Below, piece after piece: positions 1 through 10,834 of a DNA stretch of 29,194 nt (within the stretch, counting starts at the first letter, position 1; every line of letters starts with the position of its first letter). The stretch comes from Vitrella brassicaformis CCMP3155. Taxonomy: Eukaryota; Protista; Chromerida. Location of the stretch: positions 1 through 29,194 of the forward strand of contig CDMY01000697.1 of assembly GCA_001179505.1 (NCBI GenBank), in the 5' to 3' direction. The notes beneath the pieces were generated by a model. That model was not told where the DNA came from, did not search any database, and saw only the letters and a program-made list of their open reading frames with translations. Position numbers and translations under genes: made by a program.

Positions 1-364
1 GCTGCTGTCGTGGTTGAGCGGCGATGTTACAGCTACACCACCAGCAGCGGCGGGTGGTGCTGCCGGTGGTGGCCTGCTGCTGTGTTGAGAAGTGGTGAAC
101 AGGTTGGTGCGGGGGACGTCCTGCTGGCTTGACCCTATCAATGTTCAAAGGACATGCACAGCACACAGAGGGAGACGAGTGGGTGAGTGCGTCGACCCGC
201 CCGCCCCCCCACAGCCACACCGCCCAGCCCACTCACCAGCGGATGAGAAGCGGTTGGCAGCGATGGCGCCACGTGTGTGGGCTGGCGAGTGGTGCGACGA
301 TGCTGAGGAGGGCAGGGCGAGGACGGCCCCCGGATTAACCCGCACGTTGGCCCGCTCCAGTGGC
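1..364 (-). CDS. Probable internal exons of a low-complexity Ser/Pro/Ala-rich hypothetical protein running off the window start
   Basis: Candidate exon 237-364 (PLERANVRVNPGAVLALPSSASSHHSPAHTRGAIAANRFSSA), minus-strand GTGAG donor at 236, acceptor near 131, then an open frame GSSQQDVPRTNLFTTSQHSSRPPPAAPPAAAGG to position 1. Its link to the 464-1084 gene is unresolved. Confidence 0.35.
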
Positions 365-463
365 TAGAACAACCCAGTGAAGGCCTCTTTTGTGTCAGCC
401 CGATGCATCGAAAAACGGCCCGGATGCGACCCCCGGTGACGTGCACGACCGCCTTGACGGCCA

Positions 464-1084
464 TCAGCACTTCAGCAGGGGCTTCGTGAGCTGTTCATCG
501 TCCGTCTGCGCCTCGCACTGATGCTTCTGCTGCTGGTTTTCCCCCCTGTGGTGCTGCTTGCGTCGCTGTCTGAGCTGCGGGCAGTCAGCATCATCATTAC
601 CATCTGCGGCCGGACTCGTCTGCGAGGTGGGATCAGCAGACCGGCGCGAGGGAGATGCGACAGAGGAAGGAGATCCCTCGGCTGTCGAGTCAGACGGGGC
701 GTTTTCGGCATACTCGTGGGCCGCCTCCTTCGCCTCCCTGAAACACGACAAATCAGGGACACACCACCACACTGTCGCTGATCCCATCCCACGTGCCCAC
801 GTGTGCTGCGTGCGGATCTACCACTGACGCAACACCTCCGCAATGATCCTGTCGCTTCGCTGCTCTTCTTCGTAGACGCTCACTCGGTACCTGAACCGCT
901 TCTTGCTGTCCTCGTCCTTGAAGTTGCCTTGGGCATCCAGGCAGTTGTACAGATCCAGCAGCTGACCACGTCGCAGTTGCTTGACGTCCAGGGATTTCTC
1001 CGAAAAGCGATCTCCGGACTCCATGCCGCTCTTGATGACTCCCCCTTCTACGCTGGCGACGAGGTGGCTATGCGACACACCCAT
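464..1084 (-). CDS. Hypothetical protein, two exons (1084-822, 737-464), ~181 aa
   Basis: ORF MGVSHSHLVASVEGG...IIAEVLRQ joins in phase through an 84-nt GT-AG intron (821-738) to WEAKEAAHEYAENAPSDS...KPLLKC*. No family recognised. Confidence 0.55.
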
Positions 1085-1231
1085 CGGGACTAGGCGGAGG
1101 GAGGGTATTCGGCTGTGCGTCGTTGCACGGACGCACGATCAGACTTGCAAGCTAAGCCGGAAGAGGGAAGGGAACGGGAAGATCTGATCTTTGGAGATCT
1201 TGGCAAACGAGGCATATGATGCAGTGACGAG

Positions 1232-4064
1232 ATGACAGCAATGCTTCGTCGCCATCTCTCCCTGCTGCCGTCCCTGGTGCTGGTGCTGGTCATCGGTCCC
1301 TACCTCTACTGCCACTGCTTCACACAAACACATCCACGCACACCCATCAGGCGGCCGGCCATTCGCAGAAGAGCCAACATGGGTACGAGTGCACACAGAG
1401 GGCATTCATAGCCAGATCATACATTCATGTGTGCGCCTGCATTCTCTCCCTCTCTCTGTGTGTGCGTGATATTGTGTGTGCACATCAGGTGTCAGGCATG
1501 CACAGCCGCCGGAGGCAGCTCATCAACCACCAAGTGCACACGAAAGAGATCACTCGCTCTACCCTGTGAGTGTACACTGGTACACGCGCCACTCACATAA
1601 GGCACTGTGGGTGGGATGAATGTCTGTGTGTGTGTGTGTGTGTGTGCAGGCGTATTCGCTGGTCGGCATCAAGAATGACTACTGGCACTGGCGGCCGGAA
1701 ATCGGTATGTGTGTGTCCTGCTTAGGGCTATGGTTGTGCGTATGGGTCTCGGTTCTCACTGTGTGTGCAGGCGGTGAGATGCGAGAGCTGCCGATTCGAT
1801 ATCAGTTCCTGCAGTGCGAGAGCGAGGGACAGCGAGAAGGTCCATATGGTCGCCTGTGTGTCTGTGTGTGATATGCACACGTTTGTGTGCATGAGTGGTT
1901 GATGGGTGTATTGTGTGTGTGCAGGTGTGCCGTCCATCATCTGTGTGCATGGCTTCGGCGGCAATTGTGACCATTGGTGACTATCGACCTACATAGACAC
2001 ATACATACATACACAAACATCCCTGTGTATGTGTCCGTGTGGACAGGCGGCGGAATGTGCGTGACCTGGCGAAGAACGCCAATGTGTACACAATCGACCT
2101 ACTCGGTGCGGTGCACACGCATCGATGCAGGCAGACGCACACATTGATGTGTCCATTGTGTGTGTCCATTGTGTGTGTGTGTGTGTGCAGGTTATGGGTA
2201 CAGTGCCAAGCCCAACCCGCGAGAGCTGCCTCCCAACACAATCTACAATTTCCACGTATGTGCGTACGAATGCATATCGCTGTATGTGTTTCTCGATGTG
2301 TGTTGTGATGTGTTGTGGTTAGGTGTGGGCAGAGCAATTGAGAGACTTCACGCAAGAGGTCCGTGTCTGTGTGTGTGTGTGTGCATCCATCTATGTGTGC
2401 CGATGTGGTATGTGTGGACGTCTGTGTGTGTGTGGCCATCAAGTGCCTGCAGGTGGTCAACAACAAACAGAGGGGGAGCCGGTCACCCACTTATCTCGTG
2501 TGCAACAGGTACGCGCAGAGGGAGGGAGAGAGATGAACCCCCCAGCACACAGGGAAATGGACACACACACACGCGTGTAGCTACACATGGATGCACACCA
2601 ATTCAGTATATAATGCATGTCTTGTCAGTGTGGGGGGCGTTGCTGGTCTGCAGCAGGCTGTTTCTTACCCACACACAGTAAGCACCCACACATCCACAGT
2701 CGATTGCAATGCACCCCCTTCCCTCCCCCACACACACATTCACGCAGGTGGACGGAGTGCTCTTGCTGGACATCTCTCTAAGGCTCCTCAACGAACGGTG
2801 AGTGCGGATCAGGCTTCCACACACACACACGATAAGCGATGTGTGTGTGGTTGCATGAATGCATGCATGCAGGAAGCAGTCGCCTTTGCAGCGGCCCTTT
2901 GTGCGAGGGTGGGTATCCACACACATTCACGGGCACATGCACACAAACGGATGCGCCCGTGGATGTGGGAGTGCATGCAGGCTTCAGTGGGTGCTGCGGG
3001 AGACCCAAGTCGGCCAGTTCTTCTTCTCACGTGTAAGTGTGTGTGTGTGTATGGACCCCATCAATCCATCCATCCATCCACTGTGCCATGTGTGTGTGTG
3101 TGTGTGGTGCTGTTTTGTGTGGGCAGATTGCGCAGAAGGAGACAGTGCGCAATGTGCTCAAACAGGCCTACTTCGATGACACACAAGTGCGCATGAACGT
3201 GGACACACTCAGACACACATGGATGGATGGATGGATGGATGTGCACGCACACGTACAGGTCACGGACGAGTTGGTCGATGCAATACTGACACCTGGTAAG
3301 TACACACATGGATACACGAGTGTGGCGGTGCATCCCTCCCTCTCTCTCTCTCTGTGCTGTGTGTGTGTGTGTGTGTGTACGGCCAAATGACTGCAGGTCT
3401 GTTGCCCGGTGCTGCTGAGGTCTTCCTTGACTTCATTTCCTACTCATCCGGTGTGTTGTTTGTGTTGGTGACGGCAGGCACACGCATCACGAAGATGGGG
3501 TGGTCACTCCCTCATGTCCACCGTCTCTGTGTGTACCACTCAGGTCCACTCCCAGAGGACCTGCTGCCGCAGACGAATGTGCCAGTGTACGCACTCATCG
3601 ACACCCATCGACACGCATACACTGGCGTGTGTGTGCGTGTGTGTTTGTGATGTAGGTGGATTGCATGGGGTGAGAACGACCCTTGGGAGCCAATCGACAT
3701 GGTGTGTGCACGAACCACACCGATCCGCACGCACACCTGTGTCTGATGGAGATGCGTGTGCTGTGCTGTGATGTCATGTGCTCCGCAGGGCCGCGACTAC
3801 GAGCAATTCGAGTGCGTCGAAGAGTTCATTGTAAGCCGATTGCCATCCATCCCACCCCACACACCCACACATCCATGTGAGTCATTCTATGTGTGTGTGT
3901 GTGTGTATGTGTGTATATCGCAGGTGTTGGGCTCCACCGGACACTGTCCGATGGACGAGTCGCCTTCAGAGGTCAACGCACTCATCGAGCGGTTCATCCA
4001 GCGCATGTCGGCCAGGAGGAAAGAGAACGAGAGAGAGAGGGGGGTGGCCGTCGCCGACGCGTGA
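1232..4064 (+). CDS. Plastid-targeted alpha/beta hydrolase, pheophytinase-like (plant At5g19850-type subfamily), ~20 exons
   Basis: Spliced exons give IICVHGFGGNCDHWRRN (oxyanion HGF), VYTIDLLGYGYSAKPNPR, LVCNSVGG (nucleophile Ser), LLDISLRLL, VTDELVDAILTPGLLPGAAEVFLDFISYSSGPLPEDLLP, WGENDPWEP (Asp) and TGHCPMDESP (His). Exon 1 (1232-1382) encodes a hydrophobic signal peptide, then C-F, then an Arg-rich transit-like segment. Splice phases were consistent where checked. Confidence 0.92.
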
Positions 4065-4151
4065 AGCGTGTGTCGCGGGCTGTTTGTATGTATAGACAGG
4101 CAGAGAGGCCGACCATCCAGGAGACGGCCATGGTGGATCGGACGACGATGT

Positions 4152-4295
4152 GCCTTCCGGCGGCTGTGACCTATGTGGCTTTTGTGTGCTGTCGTGTGTG
4201 TATACGAATGGAATCAGCGGCATGATGTACAGGCATTATATTTTGTGTGCGAGCACATGTGTCGTAAGGCGCCGGTGTGAAAGATCAACGTGCGT
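4152..4295 (+). repeat. Direct repeat, copy 1 (pairs with 5537-5654)
   Basis: Core 4201-4269 matches 5563-5631 at 67/69 nt. The flanking motifs GCCTTCCGGCGGC and AAGATCAACGTGCGT are also shared. Confidence 0.95.
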
Positions 4296-4308
4296 ACGGA
4301 ACGACTCC

Positions 4309-5338
4309 ATGGATCGTAACTCGCATGCCAGAGCTCGCACCTTCACAGCGAAACGTCAAGAGCCACGATCGAACGATCTGGGGGAGCAAGATCTGCATGT
4401 GCAGCCTGGCAGGTGCACGCGCGCCTCAAGAAGCAGTGGAGGATTCTTGAGGCTCTATGGGGCTTCCGCTCACGTTCGCATCGCCGCTCTCTCCCTGACA
4501 GCAGCAGCGGCAGCGGCAGAGTCGTCGACGGCATTCCTCACACCAGTCGCCCAGAGAGGCGGTATCGCCGCTAAGCCGAGTGGACGCCTTCGGATGCGCC
4601 AGCACCCTCTCCAAGCCGTCACGCAGCGATTCACGCTTGAACGCGGCGCCGAGGCCTTCGATGACATGTCTGCCGTATCGGTAAGGGCAGAGATCTGTAG
4701 TGTAGTCTCTCTCTCTCTCAGTGTGTGTGTGTTTGTGTGTATGTGTGTGCACAGGAGCGCATGCAGGGAAAGGTCGGCCCGTCTCCGACCGACGAGGAGC
4801 TTTTGCAGTGGTTGGCCGACACCGAAGCCATCCTGTTCCAAATCCTGCAGGGCAAGAGGTAAGTGCTGTGCGTCGGTGTAATGTGTGTGCGCACGTGGGT
4901 CTGTCTTGTTGCTGCTTGCAGACCGCCTGGTTCAGACAAGGTTGCCGAGGATTTCGCATTGAGAGTGTCTACCCTCTGTGAGCAACTACCTATGATCGAT
5001 CTGCACATACCAACAGAGGCCGGATGGACCCACTCACTGTCTGTCTGTCTGCCTGCCATCTCTGTGTGTGTGTGTCATGCACGCACGTGTGGTTTAGATA
5101 TGAGCTGTGCAGTGAAGTGTGACGACAGAGGTAACAGACAGACAGGGCAATGGATACCGCCATCGACAGACAGACAGACAGACGGACAGAGACGGGATGT
5201 GTGTGTGTGTGTGCGTGTGTGTTTCCTCCAGGGTTGGATTACTCGATCAGACCGAAGGTCGCTGAATACGCATCGGCTACCACGGACGCAGCTGTACGAA
5301 CAGCGCTTTTGAATCGCGTCCAGCCGCGTGTTGATTGA
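4309..5338 (+). CDS. Hypothetical protein, probably plastid-targeted, 5 exons; start uncertain (4309 in frame, 4457 out of frame)
   Basis: In-phase exons give IAALSLTAAAAAAESSTA-FLTP...LERGAEAFDDMSAVS/ERMQGKVGPSPTDEELLQWLADTEAILFQILQGKR/PPGSDKVAEDFALRVSTL/LKCDDRG/GLDYSIRPKVAEYASATTDAAVRTALLNRVQPRVD*. Includes an 18-nt microexon at 5113-5130. The STA-F motif resembles the signal-peptide/Phe junction of complex-plastid leaders. Confidence 0.7.
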
Positions 5339-5536
5339 AGCCTGAAGAAGATCACTCACTGTGTAGGGGCTGAGCACAGCTGTCTGTGACTTTCTTTCTC
5401 AGTCTCTCTCGGTGTGGTGTAGCCATCTCTGAGTGAGGAGGGGCCGGGGGCAGCGAGACGTCCGGGACGGACAATGCATTAGATGGGCACTGCGGACATC
5501 CTGCGTGTGTGTATACGGATGCCGCCGGCAGCTGTG

Positions 5537-5654
5537 GCCTTCCGGCGGCGGTGACCTGTGCGTATACGAATGGAATCAGCGGCATGATGTACAGACATTA
5601 TATTTTGTGTGCGAGCACATGTGTCGCAAGGATTGGTCAAAGATCAACGTGCGT
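5537..5654 (+). repeat. Direct repeat, copy 2 (pairs with 4152-4295)
   Basis: 67/69 identity in the core. It lacks the ~25-nt GT-rich insert of copy 1 and overlaps an 8-bp inverted repeat GCCGCCGG/CCGGCGGC (5521-5549). Confidence 0.95.
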
Positions 5655-5879
5655 GGATGAAATGTGTGGAGTGGATCGCTCACAAACCAAAGCGCCACAC
5701 TTGGAAGGACGAACCAGCTGAAGCTGGCCACGTCGGAATTTGCGTTTTGGCCAGGACTTTGACAACTTTCTGTCTCTGTTCTCTCTGCCTTTGTGCGTCT
5801 TTCCTTGCGTCAGTACCTTAGTAGTGTGTTTGCAACCGCGCGCGTCGAGAGTCGAGGTGCGAGCTGAGACGGGAGACTG

Positions 5880-6065
5880 CCGTCGCCAAAGGGAACAAAG
5901 AAGCCGCTTTTTACGTCTGCAGCTCATGTCAAGCCTGCTGTTCCCCTTGCCGTGTATGTGACCGACAACACCTTCACATCTGACGACGTCACCCGACGAT
6001 GGCTTCGCATCAGGCGAGAGGTCAACGCCCGGGGCATGTACTGCATCGGCAACTCGACAGACGGA
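5880..6065 (+). mobile_element. P-element/THAP9-like DDE transposase fragment
   Basis: AVPLAVYVTDNTFTSDDVTRRWLRIRREVNARGMYCIGNSTDG resembles the recalled pattern 'F/Y-G-T-D-N-K-F-T...V..RW..I..EL...GI.V.G.S.DG' of P-like transposase-related proteins. Recognised from memory only. Confidence 0.5.
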
Positions 6066-6325
6066 GCATCACAGTGTTGCACGTGCACAGCATTCAGATC
6101 TGTGTCCGTCAGGACAACACGAAGAAGAAGACACTTAAGAGTGGCAAACGGCGCGACTCTGCCGATGATGTCGGATGGCCAGGTGGACCTCCCACTGCTG
6201 GCGCGTGATGGGTCGCGCCGGACCCTGCGGATGGATGAATGCTTGTATGTGCCCGGGCTGGCCAATAACTTACTGTCAGTCAGTCAGTTAGAAGACAGCG
6301 AGTGCGTGGTTACTTTCTGCTCTAG
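6063..6325 (+). mobile_element. Ty1/copia gag-pol aspartic protease region fragment
   Basis: GASQ...AF...HLRVANGATLPMMSDGQVDLPL...TLRMDECLYVPGLANNLLSVSQL...VVTF matches the copia protease signature (GAS.H...F...ANG..L...G.V.L...L.dvLYVP.L..NLLSVSQL...V.F). The catalytic DSG is missing. Confidence 0.8.
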
Positions 6326-6329
6326 CGTC

Positions 6330-6710
6330 GCAAAGCGAGGCGTGCGTGTGTATGGGCGGGGAGTAGACTCATGCCTCAAAGAGGCGGAATGCTTCGATTT
6401 TCCTATCACACTCAAAGTCGGTATGGTGGCTGCCAATCTACTCTCAGTCGGTATGCCCAGACACGGACGCAGACACGAAAATTTATTCGTGGTTGTTCAT
6501 TGTATGCAGGTTGTATGGTATCTCTGGCAAGGCTATTCGTATGACCTGGGCATCATGCCCACCCACAAATCCGCCGTATCCATCGAGCTGCTGAAGCACC
6601 TGTACTTCATATGCAGACCAAGCACATGTCATTTTTTGGGATGAGCAGCTTTGTGACATTGTGCAGCTGAATGCGGAAGTACGAGAAGGTACGCATGTCA
6701 AGTCAATCAG
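6330..6710 (+). pseudogene. Possible CxC-domain/KDZ (Kyakuja-Dileera-Zisupton) transposase fragment
   Basis: RVYGRGVDSCLKEAEC...[candidate intron ~6421-6509]...WYLWQGYSYDLGIMPTHKSAVSIELLKHLYF. After removing a duplicated AT near 6608-6612 it continues MQTKHMSFFGM. This resembles the 'wdG...gi...avs.ell......sF' segment that follows CxC domains. Recognition is tentative. Confidence 0.4.
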
Positions 6711-7844
6711 GCAGAGGCAATTGATTTCTTTCATTCGTGCCTTTTTCTCAGCGATCAAGATGTCGACGCTATGCTCGAAGCGGGGTGGGGCTTGTTGCGT
6801 CTAACTATATTGTGGACAATGGCGGGCCTGCAGGGTATGTGCACTAGGTGAAGGAATGTTGTGTAGCCCTTTGAGGGTCGGCAGTGCACATATCAGCAGT
6901 CAAATCTATTTCTTCCAGACCTAACGAGGTTTCATCGAACGCCAGCGATTTCCCCCATCATCTCTATCCCGCTGCAAGCTCAAATGAGACCGGCTCGGTA
7001 TTCCAGGCTAAGCCGGAGGTCAAGGTGAAGCCTAAGCTGCCTCTTCTTGCACCGTAAGCTGTGTTTGAAAGATTGATCTTCCATCCAATGGTTCTGTGTA
7101 ACAGGGTCGGAGCGAGGTTGTTGAGCTCGAACGAGGTGACGGATGGCGTGCCGGTAACGTTTTCACTGTGTGTCTCTGTTGAGGATGAGGGGATGTTGAA
7201 TTGAAGGAGTATGTCCTGCCACTTTGGAGGACATGTCGCGAGGATTGGAGAGTGAGTTTTGTGAGGTCTCTTTGTACGTCTCCTATTGGACGCCGACCAC
7301 CCGTACTTCCGGCGTGCAATCGGAGGAGGTCATTGCAGCCTACCCATGGCCAGGCGTGGCCACCGGCGACGTGTTCTTGCAGCCGCTCCAGTTGTCTCTG
7401 CGGTAAGTCGTCATGAACGGCTTGGCGTGCACTCAACGTGCAACAATCCGCATGCCTTCCACCCCGTGACTTCAAAGCCTTCTTCACTGAGCTCGACGGG
7501 ACCAACGCCGTTATACGGGAGGAACTCAAGGTTCTAGAGAAAGTGAGAAAGGAGGAGGTCGAGAAATGGTGGCCTCACTGGGCGTCACTGGGCATTCTCT
7601 CTCGCTCCTTGCCTGTGTGTGCATGCAGGTGATGACGATACAGGTGATGACGACGCTCCGGCGGTCTTCTATGAGGGCGTCAACTTCTGTTGGCTCATGT
7701 GTAGGACCTGCGGGCGAGTCTTTGGCCTGTCCTACGTCATTCTGTGAGCACCCTGCATACACAACCGGCACACATACATACACACACCCCACACATGATC
7801 TCCCCTGCTCTGCGTTGCCTTCCTCTCTCTGCCTTCTGACCGAC

Positions 7845-8012
7845 AGGGACAGGCATGGCAATGAATACTTAGACGTCAATAAGCGGCCTACCGTTCTGCG
7901 GGTGTTCGGCGCCAACGAGCTTCCCCGCTCAACGTAGAGTTCGTTATTCAATATCTGCACTGCCCTCACGAGGACTGCGGCCAGACCCACAACTATTACA
8001 TGACATTCCACA
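7845..8012 (+). pseudogene. Cys-cluster (CxC-like) exon with +1 frameshift
   Basis: Removing one C from the CCCC run at 7923-7926 joins RPTVLRVFGANELP to LNVEFVIQYLHCPHEDCGQTHNYYMTFH, followed by a GTAGG donor. Confidence 0.35.
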
Positions 8013-9809
8013 GGTAGGCGCCGCACTCAGCTCGGTCGACGCATATTCCTTGCAGTGCTGTGCGTGTGTGGTGCAGGTGGTGTTGAGCTATATGTGGCGT
8101 TGAGCTATATGCTGCTGTTTGTGTCCAGGCGATATGTTGTCATTCGTATGAAAGACGGTGTCTGAGCTGTTCGACCATCTATCAACGCAACAACTTGGTG
8201 ATCAACAATATCAACATCGCCATCAGCAACTACAGGAGAGACCGAGCATTCATCAGGCTCTTATGTATGCATGCACAGAAAATGCGCGTGTATACCGCAA
8301 AAGTAGTCATCAGGATTCTGTGCCTGTAAAACAGAGAGCAAAGCAGAAGAAATGATGTTCTTCTATAAAAAGGTCTGCATTGGGTGTTCTTTCACGTCAC
8401 CCCTTTTGACAGCGGTAAGAGGACACGCTAGGTCTCTCTATGTGCGGATCCTCAATGTGTATGTGTTTCCTTTTTTAGCCTCGCCCATCGACTGTACGAC
8501 TCGGCTCTTCACGATGTGTGTCAAGCGTGGCCGTCTGGAGATCACTTGATGCACTCGAGTTTCACATTATAACATAATCACTCCAAGTTCGCCCGATTTC
8601 GCAAGGTTTCAACATCCATTCGCACGAGGTCGAGCTCGGGACCACTTCGGACCCCATCTGCCCTCCACTCTCCCTACCCCTCACTTCCTCCCATCCATAA
8701 AGCCTTGGTTCCTTAACTTTCGGGTCAGCCACATAAAGAGAAAGAGAAGTGCTCTGTATGTGTGCTAGCTACGAAAGTGTGTCATTCATTCAGGGACGTG
8801 TCGAGAAGCAAGGCAGCAAGACCGTGACGACTGGGGTTTGATGTGAAGCGGGAGCTGATACACTTAAAGTGGTCCTACGAGAAGGCCACAGAGATCGCCC
8901 GTGAGCTGTTCGACGCACTCGGCTTGAAGCAGCGCAACAAGGGAGAGTTCGATTTTTTCTCGCATCATCCGCTTTGCATCAAAATCACAGTCGCTGACCC
9001 AGATATTTATGGTTGCCAGGCTGAAGAAACTAAGCGATGACTACGCCTACCCCCTAGCTCCAATACTGCCTGGCTCTGAGAAAGAGTGACGTCGCACTCA
9101 ACGCCGGCTAAGGGATTTTCGCCAGCAGCACCATTTCCTAGGGTGCAACCATTTGCAGCCTCTCTGGTGTTTTCATTGCACATTTGGTCCCGCATGTGAC
9201 TACTCAGCGGAAAGCAGAGCGGTACAAAGCAGAGCAGTACATTACGAAGACCCTCCGTCGGCTGTTGGAGAGGTACATACGTTAAGAGGCGTTATCCGTA
9301 TGTACACAATACATGAAAAGTGTCTGTCTGCAGACCCGAACCACGTGTAGACGCCTGCCGCAACGTCGACTTTCACAGCTTGGGCGTTATGAATGGCGAC
9401 ATATGGTCCAACCAACATTTCGAGCCACTCTGGTATATCAACAGTTCGCACAAGACGCCAGACGAGCCCGACAAACAGGCTAAATTACGAGGGGCGCCTG
9501 ATAAACTAGGAGAAGGCGGTGTGAGACAGGCGTACCATCACCTACACCGTCAACGGCGAGCCACAGAAACTCGTCAAATTGTGCGGTCATGAGGACTTGA
9601 CAACATCGGCTAGAACATCGGGGTGGTAAACTGGGTGAGCAGCTGCCTGACGTCCGCGTGCAGGTCCTCGCCTTCCTTCTTTCAAATACACGAACACACA
9701 CAACACACAGAGGGCATCCATGAAAGAATAAATGTGCGTTGGCAGACGACTTCATCGGTGAGGGACAACTCGACTGGCCGGACACCGCAAGCCCCCGTGA
9801 CGCAACGAC

Positions 9810-10115
9810 ATGAGCCGAATAATGTTTCCCGGCACCGACACATGCCCTGGGCTCAACTTGGCCTTCTTTGAAGACAACGCCCTCCGCGAGATGCCACGTA
9901 TGACCGGCATCAACACATCATTCACATACATCGGTAAACTGGTCGCAGCCCCAACTGCGCATGAATGGCACATACACGCATACACACTCACACAGAAACG
10001 TGGAGTCATGCAAAAGGAAGGACACATGGAGGGATTTTGTGTGCGTTTCGTTCTGCTGGGCGCTATGGATTCAGGCAGTGCTGCCCGTGACGCACCGTGA
10101 AGTCCCGCAAGCGAA
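9810..10115 (+). pseudogene. Possible JmjC (KDM-type) demethylase domain fragment
   Basis: FPG...GLNLAFFEDNALREMPRMTGINTSFTYIG resembles the KDM4/5 segment NL..l...L......GVn.p.lY.G. After a candidate intron and a 1-nt shift comes an H-x-E motif (THREVPQAN). Confidence 0.4.
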
Positions 10116-10393
10116 TGTAAGCTCTCACGCCAGACTGCATAGATGACGCACGCATGCGATGACTGTATTTGGTATACCCACCAGGCGACAGACTATCAAG
10201 AAGTGTGGCGTCACAGGAAGAGCCTCAACTAAAAAGCAAAAGGACCTTACCTGGGAGTCCACGTGGGACGCACCGGATTCAAAGCTGAAACAGCACAAAA
10301 AGCGCGTGCACAAAAGTACACTCAAAAGTAGAGACTGTCAAAGTATGAGAAGGGTATGGATGTATATGTGTATATATATGTGTTTCTCTATGT

Positions 10394-10585
10394 GTGAGTG
10401 CTGCAGAGTGCTTGACGCTGTGTAAGAAGGACAAGTCGTACAAAAAAGACACGCAACTCTACCTGGACGCCTTCAAGCACATCATCAACCTTGGCTGCTC
10501 GGAGACAATCATCGCTGAACAGTTCAACTGCGGAAAGAGATATTTCTGGGTACACGGCGCTTTTACCACTCAAACAGAGACGTAG
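10394..10585 (+). pseudogene. Coding-like fragment with an IAEQFN motif (possible KDZ-type transposase C-terminal Glu motif)
   Basis: YLDAFKHIINLGCSETIIAEQFNCGKRYFW. The 'aEQ.N' motif is reminiscent of the terminal catalytic Glu of KDZ transposases. Weak evidence. Confidence 0.3.
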
Positions 10586-10834
10586 AGCGGTTTCTATGGA
10601 TATACTACAGGAATACCAAAGAGGCGACACATTACCGAACCAAGGACCGACAGGTAAACCGCTCGCAGCCAGACAGCCGAGGCAGCACAATCAGACACAC
10701 ACAAACGAACGGGAGGGGTGACTAAGATGAGCCAGACAGGCAATCAAAGAGAGACGCCGGTAGCGGGTCGGGAAATTCACACTTACAAACAAACCAAACT
10801 TGGTGTGTACGTGGCTGTACAATGTGATGGTGCA

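Noticed and set aside
4201-4269. C/D-box snoRNA interpretation of the 69-bp repeat (ATGATG)
   Set aside because: The box C match is imperfect, and there is no box D (CTGA) or terminal stem in either copy.
5521-5560. Helitron 3' end (GC-rich 8-bp hairpin)
   Set aside because: No CTRR terminus follows, and no Rep/helicase sequence was seen.
4152-5654. LTR pair of a retrotransposon
   Set aside because: No TG...CA termini, PBS, PPT or TSD. The enclosed sequence is an intron-containing host-type gene, and the copia fragment lies outside the pair.
8843-9040. 65-aa ORF MKRELIHLKWSYEK...
   Set aside because: It looks coding but is short, starts at a non-ATG codon, and cannot be linked in phase to its neighbours or assigned to a family.
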